Assembly (NCBI GenBank): GCA_964466295.1
Contig: CAYXRC010000003.1
Span: 407 to 64,406, forward strand
Length of the DNA stretch: 64,000 bases
Direction: 5' to 3'
Source: an uncultured Ruminococcus sp.
GTDB lineage: Bacteria; Bacillota; Clostridia; CAKSNL01; HGM11501
This document shows positions 54,796-64,000 of this stretch, piece after piece. The translations under genes and the position numbers were made by a program. The notes below the pieces were generated by a model that saw nothing but the letters and a program-made list of their open reading frames with translations, was not told where the DNA came from and ran no database searches. Each line of letters opens with the position of its first letter. Position 1 is the stretch's first letter.

Positions 54796-54824
54796 ATTAT
54801 ATCACAAAAGTCTTTCCAAATCAA
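54796..54824 (-). promoter_or_regulatory. Promoter driving the B12 riboswitch leader
   Basis: On the - strand: TTGATT (54819-54824), 17 nt, TATAAT (54796-54801), with a TGa extension. Confidence 0.65.
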
Positions 54825-54889
54825 TATACAAAACAAACAAAATCCAATCATCTTCCCCAATGTAACTCATCCTCATTTATCAATATTGA

Positions 54890-55372
54890 TTATGAAACGA
54901 GCGCCATACCCAGCGAAAAATAAAGGCAATAAGAATAGAGCAGAATATACCACCCTATAAAAAGCGCCGTGTTTTTTCCTTTTGCACAGGAAAACCTTAT
55001 AAGTAAAATCGCAATAAATATGCATAATGCACTTATAAAGGCAGATATAATACAAAGCGAGAATCTAAAAAGAAAAATGTTATAAAAAAGGCTTAGAGAA
55101 AAAAGTATCAGTGAAAGCAAAACCGCCGCCTTTCTTTCTTTTGCTTTTATATGGTATATGCGGTAGAAAAGCAGCCCGAAAAAAAGATAAGATAAAATAC
55201 TGACAATTTCAAAAAGGAAAAACGGTATACTTTTAGGTACGGCTGTTCCTTCCTTTACCCCGCCGCTTATCACAAAGGAAAAAAGTCCCATAGAGAGAAA
55301 AAGCAGCATAGAGATTATTTTAGATGAAAAATCCCTTAAATTTAAAACCTTGAAAGCGGACATATAATACAC
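54890..55372 (-). CDS. Hypothetical polytopic membrane protein
   Basis: 160-aa ORF with about 5 hydrophobic spans, AT-rich, no motif recognised. Confidence 0.4.
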   Translation of the reverse strand: MYYMSAFKVLNLRDFSSKIISMLLFLSMGLFSFVISGGVKEGTAVPKSIPFFLFEIVSILSYLFFGLLFYRIYHIKAKERKAAVLLSLILFSLSLFYNIFLFRFSLCIISAFISALCIFIAILLIRFSCAKGKNTALFIGWYILLYSYCLYFSLGMALVS

Positions 55373-55423
55373 TCCTTAACTAAAGGTAGTATATTATATG
55401 CCCGCTTTATAAAAGTATTAACA

Positions 55424-55861
55424 TTATTTAAGATTACTTCTCGATTCCTTTATGGTTTCAACTAAGGTTTCAAACTTCTGCTGCATGTTTGCAAGCATTT
55501 CGTCACAGTACTGCACGGTCTGATCCCTTGTTTCCTGAGCGCTTGCCTTTGCGGAATCTATCATATTAGTAGCGCGTTCATATGCCTTTTTGGTAATTTC
55601 ATGCTCCTGTACCATCTGAATTGTCTTTTCTTCGGCTGATTTTATAATTCCCTCCGCCTCCTGCTGCGCTTCGGAAATTATCTTTTTGCGCTCCTCCTTC
55701 ATCCAGCGAGCCTGCTTAAGCTCTTCCGGAAGCTGAAGTCTTATATCCTCTATATCCGCCAAAAGATCCTCCTTGTCCATGAGGCTGCGGTTTATGAACG
55801 GAATGTTCATAGCCTTGTCAATTTTCTCTTCCAGCTTATCTATTATTTCAAGTATCTCCAT
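55424..55861 (-). CDS. Conserved coiled-coil protein (V-ATPase subunit-H-like / DivIVA-like helical protein)
   Basis: 145 aa, highly charged heptad-rich sequence, GGAG SD. Downstream of coaD on the same strand. Confidence 0.55.
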   Translation of the reverse strand: MEILEIIDKLEEKIDKAMNIPFINRSLMDKEDLLADIEDIRLQLPEELKQARWMKEERKKIISEAQQEAEGIIKSAEEKTIQMVQEHEITKKAYERATNMIDSAKASAQETRDQTVQYCDEMLANMQQKFETLVETIKESRSNLK

Positions 55862-55888
55862 TTTAATGTGATCCTCCTTTGTTTATAT

Positions 55889-56374
55889 TTATTTTTTATT
55901 TAATTTTTTATATATGTCAGGCGTTATCTCTTCGGGAACAAGCTCGTTAAGCGGAGCGCCGTAGCTTGCCACCTCTTTTACAATGCTTGAGCTTAAGTAA
56001 GAGTATTTTCCGTTTGTCATCATAAAAAGCGTTTCAATATCCGGAGCAAGCTTTTTATTTATAAGGGCCATCTGAAACTCATACTCAAAATCAGTCACTG
56101 CTCTTAAGCCCTTTACAATAGCACATGCCTTTTTCTCCCTTGCATAATCCACCAAAAGACCGCTGAAGCTATCCACCTTTATATTTTTAATATCGCTTGT
56201 AACACGGCGTATAAGCTCCTCTCTCTCGGGAACCGTGAAAAGGGGATGCTGCTTTTCGCTGTTGGCAAGTATACTTACGTAAACAAGGTCGAAAATTTCA
56301 GCAGACCTTTTTATTATGTCAATATGTCCTAAGGTCACCGGATCAAAGCTTCCGGGAACTATGGCGATTCTCAA
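55889..56374 (-). CDS. coaD: Phosphopantetheine adenylyltransferase
   Basis: [19 protein letters not shown]...SSSIVKEV. Confidence 0.95.
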   Translation of the reverse strand: MRIAIVPGSFDPVTLGHIDIIKRSAEIFDLVYVSILANSEKQHPLFTVPEREELIRRVTSDIKNIKVDSFSGLLVDYAREKKACAIVKGLRAVTDFEYEFQMALINKKLAPDIETLFMMTNGKYSYLSSSIVKEVASYGAPLNELVPEEITPDIYKKLNKK

Positions 56375-56913
56375 TTCTGTTCAACTCCCATAAGATAAGA
56401 AAGGTTAACCCGTCCGTATCGCTTTTTCTTTATTACTAAGTAGTCACAAGGGATGTCCGGAGCGTTTTTTTCTTCATACTCCAAAACAATTATCCCTCCG
56501 GGTGAAAGCCTTTTTTTCGCATGTGTCAAAAACTCACCGTAAAGCCCCGATGCATACGGCGGATCAACAAATATTATGTCAAACTTCTCTCCGTCTTTTT
56601 TTATGTAGGAAACAGCGTCGGTAAAAAGCACCTCGCCTTTATCGGAAAGTCTTGCTTTTTCAAGATTTTTTCTGCACACCCCTAAAGCGTCCTTGTCATT
56701 TTCGCAAAAAACCGCCTTAGACGCTCCTCTGCTTAACGCCTCAATTCCGAGGGCGCCGCTTCCCGAAAAAGCGTCAAGCACCTTAGCACCGTAAAGCCTT
56801 TCGGTCAACGATGAGAACAGCGCTTCCTTAACTCTGTCAGCCGTCGGGCGTGTTCTTAGACCGTCTAAAGTGTTAAGCTTAAGACCTCTCGCACTTCCGG
56901 CAATAATCCTCAC
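56371..56913 (-). CDS. rsmD: 16S rRNA (guanine966-N2)-methyltransferase RsmD
   Basis: [13 protein letters not shown]....[11 protein letters not shown]...[19 protein letters not shown]...FVDPPY. Confidence 0.9.
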   Translation of the reverse strand: MRIIAGSARGLKLNTLDGLRTRPTADRVKEALFSSLTERLYGAKVLDAFSGSGALGIEALSRGASKAVFCENDKDALGVCRKNLEKARLSDKGEVLFTDAVSYIKKDGEKFDIIFVDPPYASGLYGEFLTHAKKRLSPGGIIVLEYEEKNAPDIPCDYLVIKKKRYGRVNLSYLMGVEQN

Positions 56914-57018
56914 TTTTGTTTCCTCCGAGCATAACTTGACTTATATTCTTTTTTATTATAAAACAATATATAAAAAAAAGCAAGAGGAAATTTTCCTCTT
57001 GCAGTTATTTTTTGTTCT

Positions 57019-58545
57019 TTATGCCGGAATCAAAAGTCTCATGCCGGAATTAAGTATTTCCTCCCCGGTCATATCGTTGGCGAAAAGTATTTTATCCACC
57101 GTGGTTTTGTATCTCTTTGCAATATTCCACAAAGTATCTCCGCTTTTTACAAAATATATGATAACCGAAGGTCTTTCGTCCGCTAAGGGCTCTCCCACGG
57201 AAAGTGCCGTTACAGATGAAAAAGAATCGGTGTTTTTCCTTAAGGTTACCTCTACATCAAGTATACACCTTAAGTCAATTTTCGCCTGATTTATAAAATT
57301 GTAATCGCAGTGCGATACTTTAACATCGGAATATACAAAAAATTCTCCCATGGGACAGTCTGATACCGAAGAAAAATCCATATCCTTGGTAAAGGAAAAT
57401 ATTTCATTGCCCGAAATATAGCTTATTACGACGCTGAGCGTTCCTGATACGGTTATTTTCCCGTCGCGGCATACGGCGCTTTCCGATGATATGTAAGCGT
57501 AGACCGGACATACCTTATCCATGGGAGGCATATCTATGGGAAGCTCCGCCCCCTCCTTTACCGTAACCGAGTCCACTTTTCTTTCAATTATCTCTGAATT
57601 TTTGCACTCCGATACTAAAAGTTCAGACTTAAGTCCGGGTACATAAGCGTCCGTTACAGCGTTTTCAGACACATTTCCGAAGGCAATAAGCGACAGTGTT
57701 ATATTGCATGTAAAGGAGACCTGTCTCTGTTCTTTTTCGGAGCCCGAATCGCCGAAGGAGGAAAAATCTCCTATGGACAGTGAAATATCTGAATCCATAT
57801 CGTCGGTGAGTCCCTGCACGTCAGCTATCTGAGTAAAAGGGATACTGTGCTCCATATATTCTATTTCTCCGTCCTCGGCGGTATACAGGTGAAATACTGA
57901 CACATTCCCCTTTACCACTGCTTTTCCCGTGACAAGCTTAATTGATGAGTCTGATATTTTTGCCCGGCAGAGCAAAAGCTCCCCTACAGCATGTTTTGAT
58001 TCCGGAACCTCCAGTATATCGGATACGGTGAAGCTTTCAGAGGCGTATGCGCCCAAAGAGCTTGAGCAGATATTTTCCCTTTTAACTTCAACGTTAGGCG
58101 CCGATATATCTGAGCAAAGAGGCACCGGAAGATCGGAATACGATATAAACGAGATTGAGATAACGCCTTTTAAGGAAAGCTTTCTTGAATTAATCAAACT
58201 GCATTCTGTATGCACAAGGCTTATTTTAAGCTGAGGCTTATCCTCGGGCATTACTCCGTTCGCCTCCTGGATGTGGTTAAATGGGAATTTTGCCGTCAGG
58301 GACTTTACGCCCTCTCCTCCCTCGGGGCGGTAAAGCACAGTAAACTGAGCTGTTCCGGTAAATATAACGCGTCCTTTTTGCAGTTCTATCTTGTCCGCCG
58401 AGCAGCGTCCGTCAGTCAAAAGAATTTCTGAAATGTCCGGCTTTGAGTCGGGGACTATTGCATCCCCCTCGGAAAGCACCTCCACATTAAACTCGGAGGA
58501 AGGATAGCTTGTGCTTATAACTTTTTTACTTATTTCAGCTTCCAT
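57019..58545 (-). CDS. DUF3794 (SPOCS) repeat protein with C-terminal LysM domain
   Basis: C-terminal LysM YFVKSGDTLWNIAKRYKTTVDKILFANDM....G..LLIP. Repeated beta-rich DUF3794-like segments. ATG at 58545 preferred (AAAGGAAG SD). Confidence 0.75.
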   Translation of the reverse strand: MEAEISKKVISTSYPSSEFNVEVLSEGDAIVPDSKPDISEILLTDGRCSADKIELQKGRVIFTGTAQFTVLYRPEGGEGVKSLTAKFPFNHIQEANGVMPEDKPQLKISLVHTECSLINSRKLSLKGVISISFISYSDLPVPLCSDISAPNVEVKRENICSSSLGAYASESFTVSDILEVPESKHAVGELLLCRAKISDSSIKLVTGKAVVKGNVSVFHLYTAEDGEIEYMEHSIPFTQIADVQGLTDDMDSDISLSIGDFSSFGDSGSEKEQRQVSFTCNITLSLIAFGNVSENAVTDAYVPGLKSELLVSECKNSEIIERKVDSVTVKEGAELPIDMPPMDKVCPVYAYISSESAVCRDGKITVSGTLSVVISYISGNEIFSFTKDMDFSSVSDCPMGEFFVYSDVKVSHCDYNFINQAKIDLRCILDVEVTLRKNTDSFSSVTALSVGEPLADERPSVIIYFVKSGDTLWNIAKRYKTTVDKILFANDMTGEEILNSGMRLLIPA

Positions 58546-58685
58546 TAAAATTCTTCCTTTCACTAATAGGATATATTTAAATATATTTAATCTTCCGTAT
58601 AAGTATTACTTTTTTTTGACCATACTTTACAAGTCGGGAAAAATAGCTTATAATATAATTATTAATTAACGACAGGAGAAGGAAT

Positions 58686-59861
58686 ATGAAAATCGCTGTA
58701 ATAGGCGCAGGCTTTGCCGGGCTTGTGGCGGCGTCCTTGCTTAAAAAAAGGGGCATAGACTTCGTTCTTTACGAAAGAGAAAAAAGAGCCGGCAGAAAGC
58801 TTCTTGCCACGGGCAACGGGCGGTGCAATATAACAAACGAAAATATTGATATAAAAAGGTATCACGGCAATAAGAAGTTCATTTCGTCCGTTATAGAAAA
58901 ATACGGCAAGGATGCCCTTTTAGATTATTTTAAAAGCATAGGCTTAAGCTTTACCAAAGAGGGCGACAGGATTTATCCTTCAAGTCTCCAGGCCTCGTCT
59001 GTTTTAGACCTTTTAAGGCTTGCCGAGGGAGAAAGCGAAAGGTGCTCTGCCGCCGCAGAAAAAATCATTCCTCATAAAAACTGTCTGGGCGTAGTGGCAG
59101 GAGGTCACGAGGAAAAATTCGACAAGGTTATAGTATGTACCGGCGGAGCGGCTTCTCCCAAGCTTTCCGGCGGAGGGGATTATTCGCTTTTGACAAATCT
59201 CGGACACAGGCTCACCCCCCTTTCCCCCTCAATCGTACAGTTAAAGTGCGCCGGCACAAAGCCCTTAGAGGGAATAAAGGTTTTAGGGAATATTACTGTC
59301 GGTGACAGAAGCGAAACGGGAGAGATACTTTTTACCTCCTACGGGCTTTCCGGTCCTCCCGTCATGCAGCTTTCCCGGGACGCAAAGGGCAAAAAAGTAA
59401 AAATCGACCTTGCGCCGGACTTTAGCTTTTCCGAAATATTGTCCTTGCTTAAGCAAAAGCGCTCTTTATCATACATTACCCTTGAAAATCTTTTCACGGG
59501 ATTTTTAAATAAAAAGGTGGGCATGCAGATATTAAAGCGTGCCGGGACGCTTCCCTTTTCCCGTCAGGCGTCAGAGCTTTCAGAAAGAGAGCTTAAGACT
59601 GCCGCCTCATTGGTTAAAAATTTTAATTTTGACATTACGGATACCGCCGGATTTGAAAACGCTCAAGTTACCGCCGGAGGAATAGATTTGGCAGACTTTG
59701 ACGAAAACACCATGGAATCAAAGCTTGTTAAAGGAGTTTACGCCGCCGGAGAAATCCTTGACGCAGACGGCGACTGCGGCGGCTTTAACCTTCAATGGGC
59801 ATTTTCCTCCGCTTATCTTGCCGCCATATCGGCAAGCCGTGACTTTAAGGATACATTATGA
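58686..59861 (+). CDS. HI0933/BaiN-family FAD-dependent flavoprotein
   Basis: MKIAVIGAGFAGLVAA...ATGNGRCNITN...GGAASP...AGEILDADGDCGGFNLQWA. Confidence 0.85.
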   Translation: MKIAVIGAGFAGLVAASLLKKRGIDFVLYEREKRAGRKLLATGNGRCNITNENIDIKRYHGNKKFISSVIEKYGKDALLDYFKSIGLSFTKEGDRIYPSSLQASSVLDLLRLAEGESERCSAAAEKIIPHKNCLGVVAGGHEEKFDKVIVCTGGAASPKLSGGGDYSLLTNLGHRLTPLSPSIVQLKCAGTKPLEGIKVLGNITVGDRSETGEILFTSYGLSGPPVMQLSRDAKGKKVKIDLAPDFSFSEILSLLKQKRSLSYITLENLFTGFLNKKVGMQILKRAGTLPFSRQASELSERELKTAASLVKNFNFDITDTAGFENAQVTAGGIDLADFDENTMESKLVKGVYAAGEILDADGDCGGFNLQWAFSSAYLAAISASRDFKDTL

Positions 59862-61405
59862 TAAGAATTGATAATATAAAATTAAGTCTTGACTCAGACA
59901 CAGAGGATTTAAAAAGAAAGGTTCAAAAAATTCTCGGGAAAAAAACGGAAGAATTTTACGTATACAAAAAGGCTGTTGACGCAAGGCATAAAAACGACGT
60001 TCATTTTGTGTATTCCGTTGCGGTTAAGGTGCAAAATGAAGAAAAAGCGGCTCTTAAAACAAAGAACGCTAAGATATTTGACGACCGCCTCTATGAATAT
60101 CCTTGTCTTAAAAAGCCCGTGCCTCAAAGACCCGTTATCGTCGGCAGCGGCCCTGCCGGGACCTTTGCCGCCTTAAGCTTAGCCCATGCAGGAGCAAGAC
60201 CTATTATACTTGAACGCGGAAAAAAGGTAAATGAAAGAGCCCTTGACGCAGAGCTCTTTTTCTCAGGTGGGGCTTTAAATGAGGAATCCAACGTCCAGTT
60301 TGGAGAAGGCGGAGCCGGCACATTTTCCGACGGCAAGCTAAATACCGGTACCGGCTCCTTATATATAAGAAAAATTCTTTCCGAATATGTAAGATTCGGA
60401 GCGCCGGAACGCATTTTGTGGGAGGCAAAGCCTCATATCGGAACGGATATACTGAAAAAAGTGGCTGAAAATATACGCTCCGAGGTTGAAGCTCTCGGCG
60501 GAGAATACCTTTTTTCAGACAGGCTTAATTCGCTTTTAATAAAAAACGGTCAGGTTAAAGCCGCATGTGCCAACGAAACCATAGAAACGGACGCTGTTAT
60601 TTTGGCAATCGGTCACAGCGCAAGAGATACCTTTAAGGCGCTTTTCTCCCTCGGTGCGGCAATGGCGCAGAAGCCCTTCTCGGTAGGCATGAGAATCGAG
60701 CATCTTCAGGAGGAAATAAATAAAGCCCAATACGGTAAATTTTCGGGGCATAAAAATCTGCCTCCTGCTGACTATAAATTCGGGGACGACTGTTACACCT
60801 TCTGCATGTGTCCCGGAGGATATGTAGTTGCCTCATCCAGCGAAAACAAGGCCATTGTCACAAACGGAATGAGCTATTCGGATCGGGGCGGAATAAATGC
60901 AAACAGTGCTCTTTTGGTAAATGTGGACGAGCGTGATTTCGGAAACGGAATATTTGACGGCGTTAACTATCAGCGAAAGCTCGAACAAGCCGCCTATTCC
61001 CTAAGCGGAAGCTTTTTCGCTCCCTGCCAGACCTTTAATGATTTTGAAAAAGGCTTTGTGACAAAACATTTCGGCTCTGTAAAGCCCACATATATGCCGG
61101 GCGTCTGCCCTGAAAATATTCATAGCTTTATGCCGGAGCGCATATGCGACAAGATAATCTCGGGAATAAAAAATATCGACCTTCGTCTTTCGGGATTTGC
61201 TTCGCCCGATGCTGTGCTGACGGCTCCCGAAACCAGAAGCTCTTCGCCCGTAAGGATTTTAAGGGATCCCGTCACATTAGAATCTGTTAACATAAAGGGA
61301 CTTTATCCCTGCGGAGAGGGCGCAGGCTATGCCGGCGGAATAATGTCTGCGGCGTCTGACGGCTTAAGGTGCGCCGAAAAATTAATTGAAAAATACAATG
61401 GATAG
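59858..61405 (+). CDS. FAD-dependent oxidoreductase (COG2509-like)
   Basis: VIVGSGPAGTFAAL...EGGAGTFSDGKL...CPGG.VV...YPCGEGAGYAGGI. 4-nt overlap with the upstream gene. Confidence 0.8.
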   Translation: MIRIDNIKLSLDSDTEDLKRKVQKILGKKTEEFYVYKKAVDARHKNDVHFVYSVAVKVQNEEKAALKTKNAKIFDDRLYEYPCLKKPVPQRPVIVGSGPAGTFAALSLAHAGARPIILERGKKVNERALDAELFFSGGALNEESNVQFGEGGAGTFSDGKLNTGTGSLYIRKILSEYVRFGAPERILWEAKPHIGTDILKKVAENIRSEVEALGGEYLFSDRLNSLLIKNGQVKAACANETIETDAVILAIGHSARDTFKALFSLGAAMAQKPFSVGMRIEHLQEEINKAQYGKFSGHKNLPPADYKFGDDCYTFCMCPGGYVVASSSENKAIVTNGMSYSDRGGINANSALLVNVDERDFGNGIFDGVNYQRKLEQAAYSLSGSFFAPCQTFNDFEKGFVTKHFGSVKPTYMPGVCPENIHSFMPERICDKIISGIKNIDLRLSGFASPDAVLTAPETRSSSPVRILRDPVTLESVNIKGLYPCGEGAGYAGGIMSAASDGLRCAEKLIEKYNG

Positions 61406-61416
61406 GAAGGATTTAT

Positions 61417-61950
61417 ATGACAGACATTGAAAAAAGTGCATACGAAGCGGTAAAGGAGCTTATTTTCCCCGCCCAAGGCGGCGAAATACTTATTGTCGGC
61501 TGCTCTACCAGCGAGGTTAGAGGCAAAAAAATCGGTACTGCGTCTGACGAAGATGTGGCGGCGGAAATATACAGGGGCATAAAAAAGGCCGCCGATGAAA
61601 AAAATGTATATATAGCCGCCCAGTGCTGCGAGCACTTAAACAGGGCTGTTATCTTAGAGAAGGAAAAGGCTCTCCAAAAGGGGTATGAGCCGGTTAATGT
61701 AAGACCTGTAAAAAAGGCCGGTGGGTCGTTTGCAGCCTTTTGTTTTAATCATTTTGCTTCTCCTTGCGCAGTAGAATATATAAAAGCAGATTTCGGCATA
61801 GACATAGGTCTTACCATGATAGGCATGCATCTTAAAAATGTTGCCGTGCCTTTTCGTACCAAAACCGACAAAATAGGCGAAGCTAAAATAGTATGCGCCA
61901 GAACAAGACCTAAATATATAGGCGGAGAACGAGCCGTCTATATTGATTAA
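61417..61950 (+). CDS. TIGR01440/DUF436-family protein
   Basis: 177 aa. ILIVGCSTSEV.G..IG...AAQCCEHLNRA...MIGMHLK pattern. Confidence 0.75.
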   Translation: MTDIEKSAYEAVKELIFPAQGGEILIVGCSTSEVRGKKIGTASDEDVAAEIYRGIKKAADEKNVYIAAQCCEHLNRAVILEKEKALQKGYEPVNVRPVKKAGGSFAAFCFNHFASPCAVEYIKADFGIDIGLTMIGMHLKNVAVPFRTKTDKIGEAKIVCARTRPKYIGGERAVYID

Positions 61951-61984
61951 AGTTTCTGCCGTTTAATATAAGGACATATCTATT

Positions 61985-62299
61985 ATGAAAAAAAAGGATA
62001 TTATTCTTATTTTATCTTTAGCAATTATATTTTGTCTTTTAATTTTAATGAATTCTTTGAGGAAAGACGGGCAAACCGTTGAAATAACAGCAGACGGCGA
62101 AAGCTATGGCACTTATCTATTAAAAAAAGACTCAGAGATAGACATAATGGGCACGAACACTTTAATAATAAAGGATAACGAAGCTTATATGAAAAGTGCA
62201 GACTGCCCCGATAAGCTGTGCGTCAAAAGCAGGGCAATCAAGAAAAAAGGAGAGCAGATAATCTGCCTTCCAAACAAAGTAATTATAAGCATAAGGTGA
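61985..62299 (+). CDS. NusG domain II (DUF1312)-containing membrane-anchored protein
   Basis: N-terminal TM span, then CPDKLCVKSRAIKKKGEQIICLPNKVIISI. Confidence 0.7.
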   Translation: MKKKDIILILSLAIIFCLLILMNSLRKDGQTVEITADGESYGTYLLKKDSEIDIMGTNTLIIKDNEAYMKSADCPDKLCVKSRAIKKKGEQIICLPNKVIISIR

Positions 62300-62302
62300 A
62301 TT

Positions 62303-62788
62303 ATGAAGATTGCAAAAAAAACCGCATACATAGGAGTGCTTAGCGCCGTAGCTATTTTGCTGGGCTATCTTGAAGGCATGATACCTCTTCCCGTTTCTGT
62401 TCCGGGCGTTAAAATAGGGCTTTCAAATATATGCGTTATGACTGCTCTTTATACTTTAGGAGGGCTTTATGCTCTTACAGTTTCCCTTATTAAGGCTTTG
62501 GTTTGCGGTATGCTTTTCTGGGGTGCCCAGGGCGCCCTATTCGCTGTTTTCGGAAGTATTTTTTCTCTCGGCGCTATGACGCTTTTAAAAAAATACGGCA
62601 GTTTTTCCCCGGTCGGAGTCAGCGCCCTCGGAGCTGTGTTTCACAATTTAGGTCAGCTTTTGGCTCTTTTTATATTTTCCGGAAGCTTTTCGTTCTTTTA
62701 TTACATAAGCTTTTTAGGACTTTCCGCACTTATTATGGGTACTCTTACCGGAATTATTTCCAAGGAGGTTATAAAAAGGTTAAAATAG
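62303..62788 (+). CDS. Gx transporter family protein (heptaprenyl diphosphate synthase component I-like)
   Basis: 161 aa with 5 TM spans and PGVKIGLSNI near the N-terminus. Typically paired with the NusG-II protein. Confidence 0.65.
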   Translation: MKIAKKTAYIGVLSAVAILLGYLEGMIPLPVSVPGVKIGLSNICVMTALYTLGGLYALTVSLIKALVCGMLFWGAQGALFAVFGSIFSLGAMTLLKKYGSFSPVGVSALGAVFHNLGQLLALFIFSGSFSFFYYISFLGLSALIMGTLTGIISKEVIKRLK

Positions 62789-62896
62789 ACCTCCCGATTT
62801 TTATCATTCAAAAAGAATAAAATTATTGCTTTTTTATGAATTTGGTAGTATAATTATTAAGATAATTATAAAATTTTACGACAGGGGATTTATAAT

Positions 62897-64000
62897 ATGG
62901 AAAAACTCGTAATAACGGGACCTACTCGCCTTGCCGGCACCGTAAACATCAGCGGCGCAAAAAATTCAGTTCTTGCCATACTTTCCGGGACGCTTTTGGT
63001 AAACGGAGTATGCAGGATTGAAAATATACCCGATATAAGCGATGTTGACGTTATCATAGATATAATAAAAAGCCTCGGAGCAAAAATAACAAGACCGGAC
63101 TCTCATTCAATTACCGTGGACTCTACCAAAATCACCTCTACCGCTCCGGATTATGAGCTTGTACGCAGAATCAGAGGGTCGTACTATCTTATCGGCTCAC
63201 TTTTAAGCAGATTTCACCGTGCCGAAATAGCTATGCCCGGAGGGTGTAATTTCGGAACTCGTCCAATAGACCAGCACATAAAGGGATTTAAAGCCTTAGG
63301 CGCCGAAATAGACGATTCAAGAGGTGTTATAAAAGCGCAGGCAGACCGCCTTACCGGATCAAATATATATCTTGACAAGGTAAGCGTCGGTGCGACGATA
63401 AATATAATGCTCGCTTCCTGCCTTGCCGAAGGTATCACCGTGATTGAAAACGCCGCAAGAGAGCCTCATATCGTGGATATGGCGAACTTCTTAAACGCCA
63501 TGGGCGCAAATATAAAAGGCGCCGGAACAAATACTGTTAAAATAAAGGGCGTAAAAGAGATGCGCGGCGGCTCATATCAGATTATTCCCGACCAGATTGA
63601 AGCCGGCACCTTTATGATTGCCGCGGCGGCAACAGGAGGAGATGTTTTGGTAAAAAACGTAATTCCAAAGCATATGGAGTCGCTTACCGCCAAGCTTATC
63701 GAGGTCGGAGCAGAGGTGACCGAGCTTGACGATGCCATAAGAGTAAAGGGACCTTGTAAGCTTAAGTGCACAAATGTTCTTACTATGCCTTATCCCGGCT
63801 TTCCCACAGACCTTCAGCCCCAGATGGTCGCTCTTTTAACTAAAGCGGAGGGCGTCAGCGTAATGGTCGAGGGCGTATGGGACAACCGCTTTCAGTATAC
63901 CGACGAGCTTATAAGAATGGGCGCCAGAATAAATGCCGCCGGTAAAATGGCGACTATTGAGGCGGTACCCGAGCTTTTCGGCGCTCCGGTAAAAGCAACT
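62897..64000 (+). CDS. murA: UDP-N-acetylglucosamine 1-carboxyvinyltransferase (3'-truncated by the window end)
   Basis: Hand translation from the ATG at 62897: MEKLVITGPTRLAGTVNISGAKNSVLAILSGTLLVNGVCRIENIPDISDV..., open to the window end. Absent from the ORF track because there is no stop. Confidence 0.9.
   Translation, partial: MEKLVITGPTRLAGTVNISGAKNSVLAILSGTLLVNGVCRIENIPDISDVDVIIDIIKSLGAKITRPDSHSITVDSTKITSTAPDYELVRRIRGSYYLIGSLLSRFHRAEIAMPGGCNFGTRPIDQHIKGFKALGAEIDDSRGVIKAQADRLTGSNIYLDKVSVGATINIMLASCLAEGITVIENAAREPHIVDMANFLNAMGANIKGAGTNTVKIKGVKEMRGGSYQIIPDQIEAGTFMIAAAATGGDVLVKNVIPKHMESLTAKLIEVGAEVTELDDAIRVKGPCKLKCTNVLTMPYPGFPTDLQPQMVALLTKAEGVSVMVEGVWDNRFQYTDELIRMGARINAAGKMATIEAVPELFGAPVKAT

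Noticed and set aside
54630-54923. Small ORFs (76 aa on the - strand, 88 and 71 aa on the + strand) in the region upstream of the SLH gene.
   Set aside because: The region matches a cobalamin riboswitch and its promoter, and the ORFs have no SD.

Overview
This is a chromosomal segment that looks like a Clostridia-type Firmicute. That call is an inference from the gene content: an SLH surface protein, a DUF3794/LysM protein, a single-chain PurL, and ZTP and cobalamin riboswitches. Most of the window is ordinary core genome. It includes RNase HI, aconitase and isocitrate dehydrogenase, three tRNA loci, a YtrA-type GntR/ABC operon, metY, feoAAB with a divergent DtxR-family regulator, and a GH3 glycosidase. 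A metal/flavin operon runs tautomerase, YdcF, ApbE, EamA, ZIP. A 10-gene purine operon runs purE-C-F-M-N-purO-purH'-purD-purL-fhs behind a ZTP riboswitch. The rest is htpG, MarR, a GNAT, a B12-riboswitch-controlled 1256-aa SLH protein, coaD/rsmD, a flavoprotein cluster and the start of murA. Four regions are not ordinary. (1) 1-2990 holds the end of an integrative element (HTH-Xis-Int) at tRNA-Ser(CGA), followed by two extra tRNA 5' halves cut at the anticodon loop. (2) Upstream of metY there is a 32-codon Met/Cys-rich leader ORF with an intrinsic terminator, and no S-box or T-box that I can recognise. (3) The GH3 gene is bracketed by a 53-nt direct repeat of a terminator. (4) 22.4-31.3 kb is an AT-rich accessory island. 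The island carries two paralogous two-gene cassettes, each a multi-zinc-ribbon protein with a central Vsr/DUF559-like nuclease core plus a variable partner (an HExxH protein or a DUF2971 protein). It also carries a GH35 gene, three copies of a ~170-230 bp intergenic module, and a Phd/Doc toxin-antitoxin pair. The paired cassettes are my best candidate for an undescribed, defence-like system. No CRISPR array or rRNA was seen.
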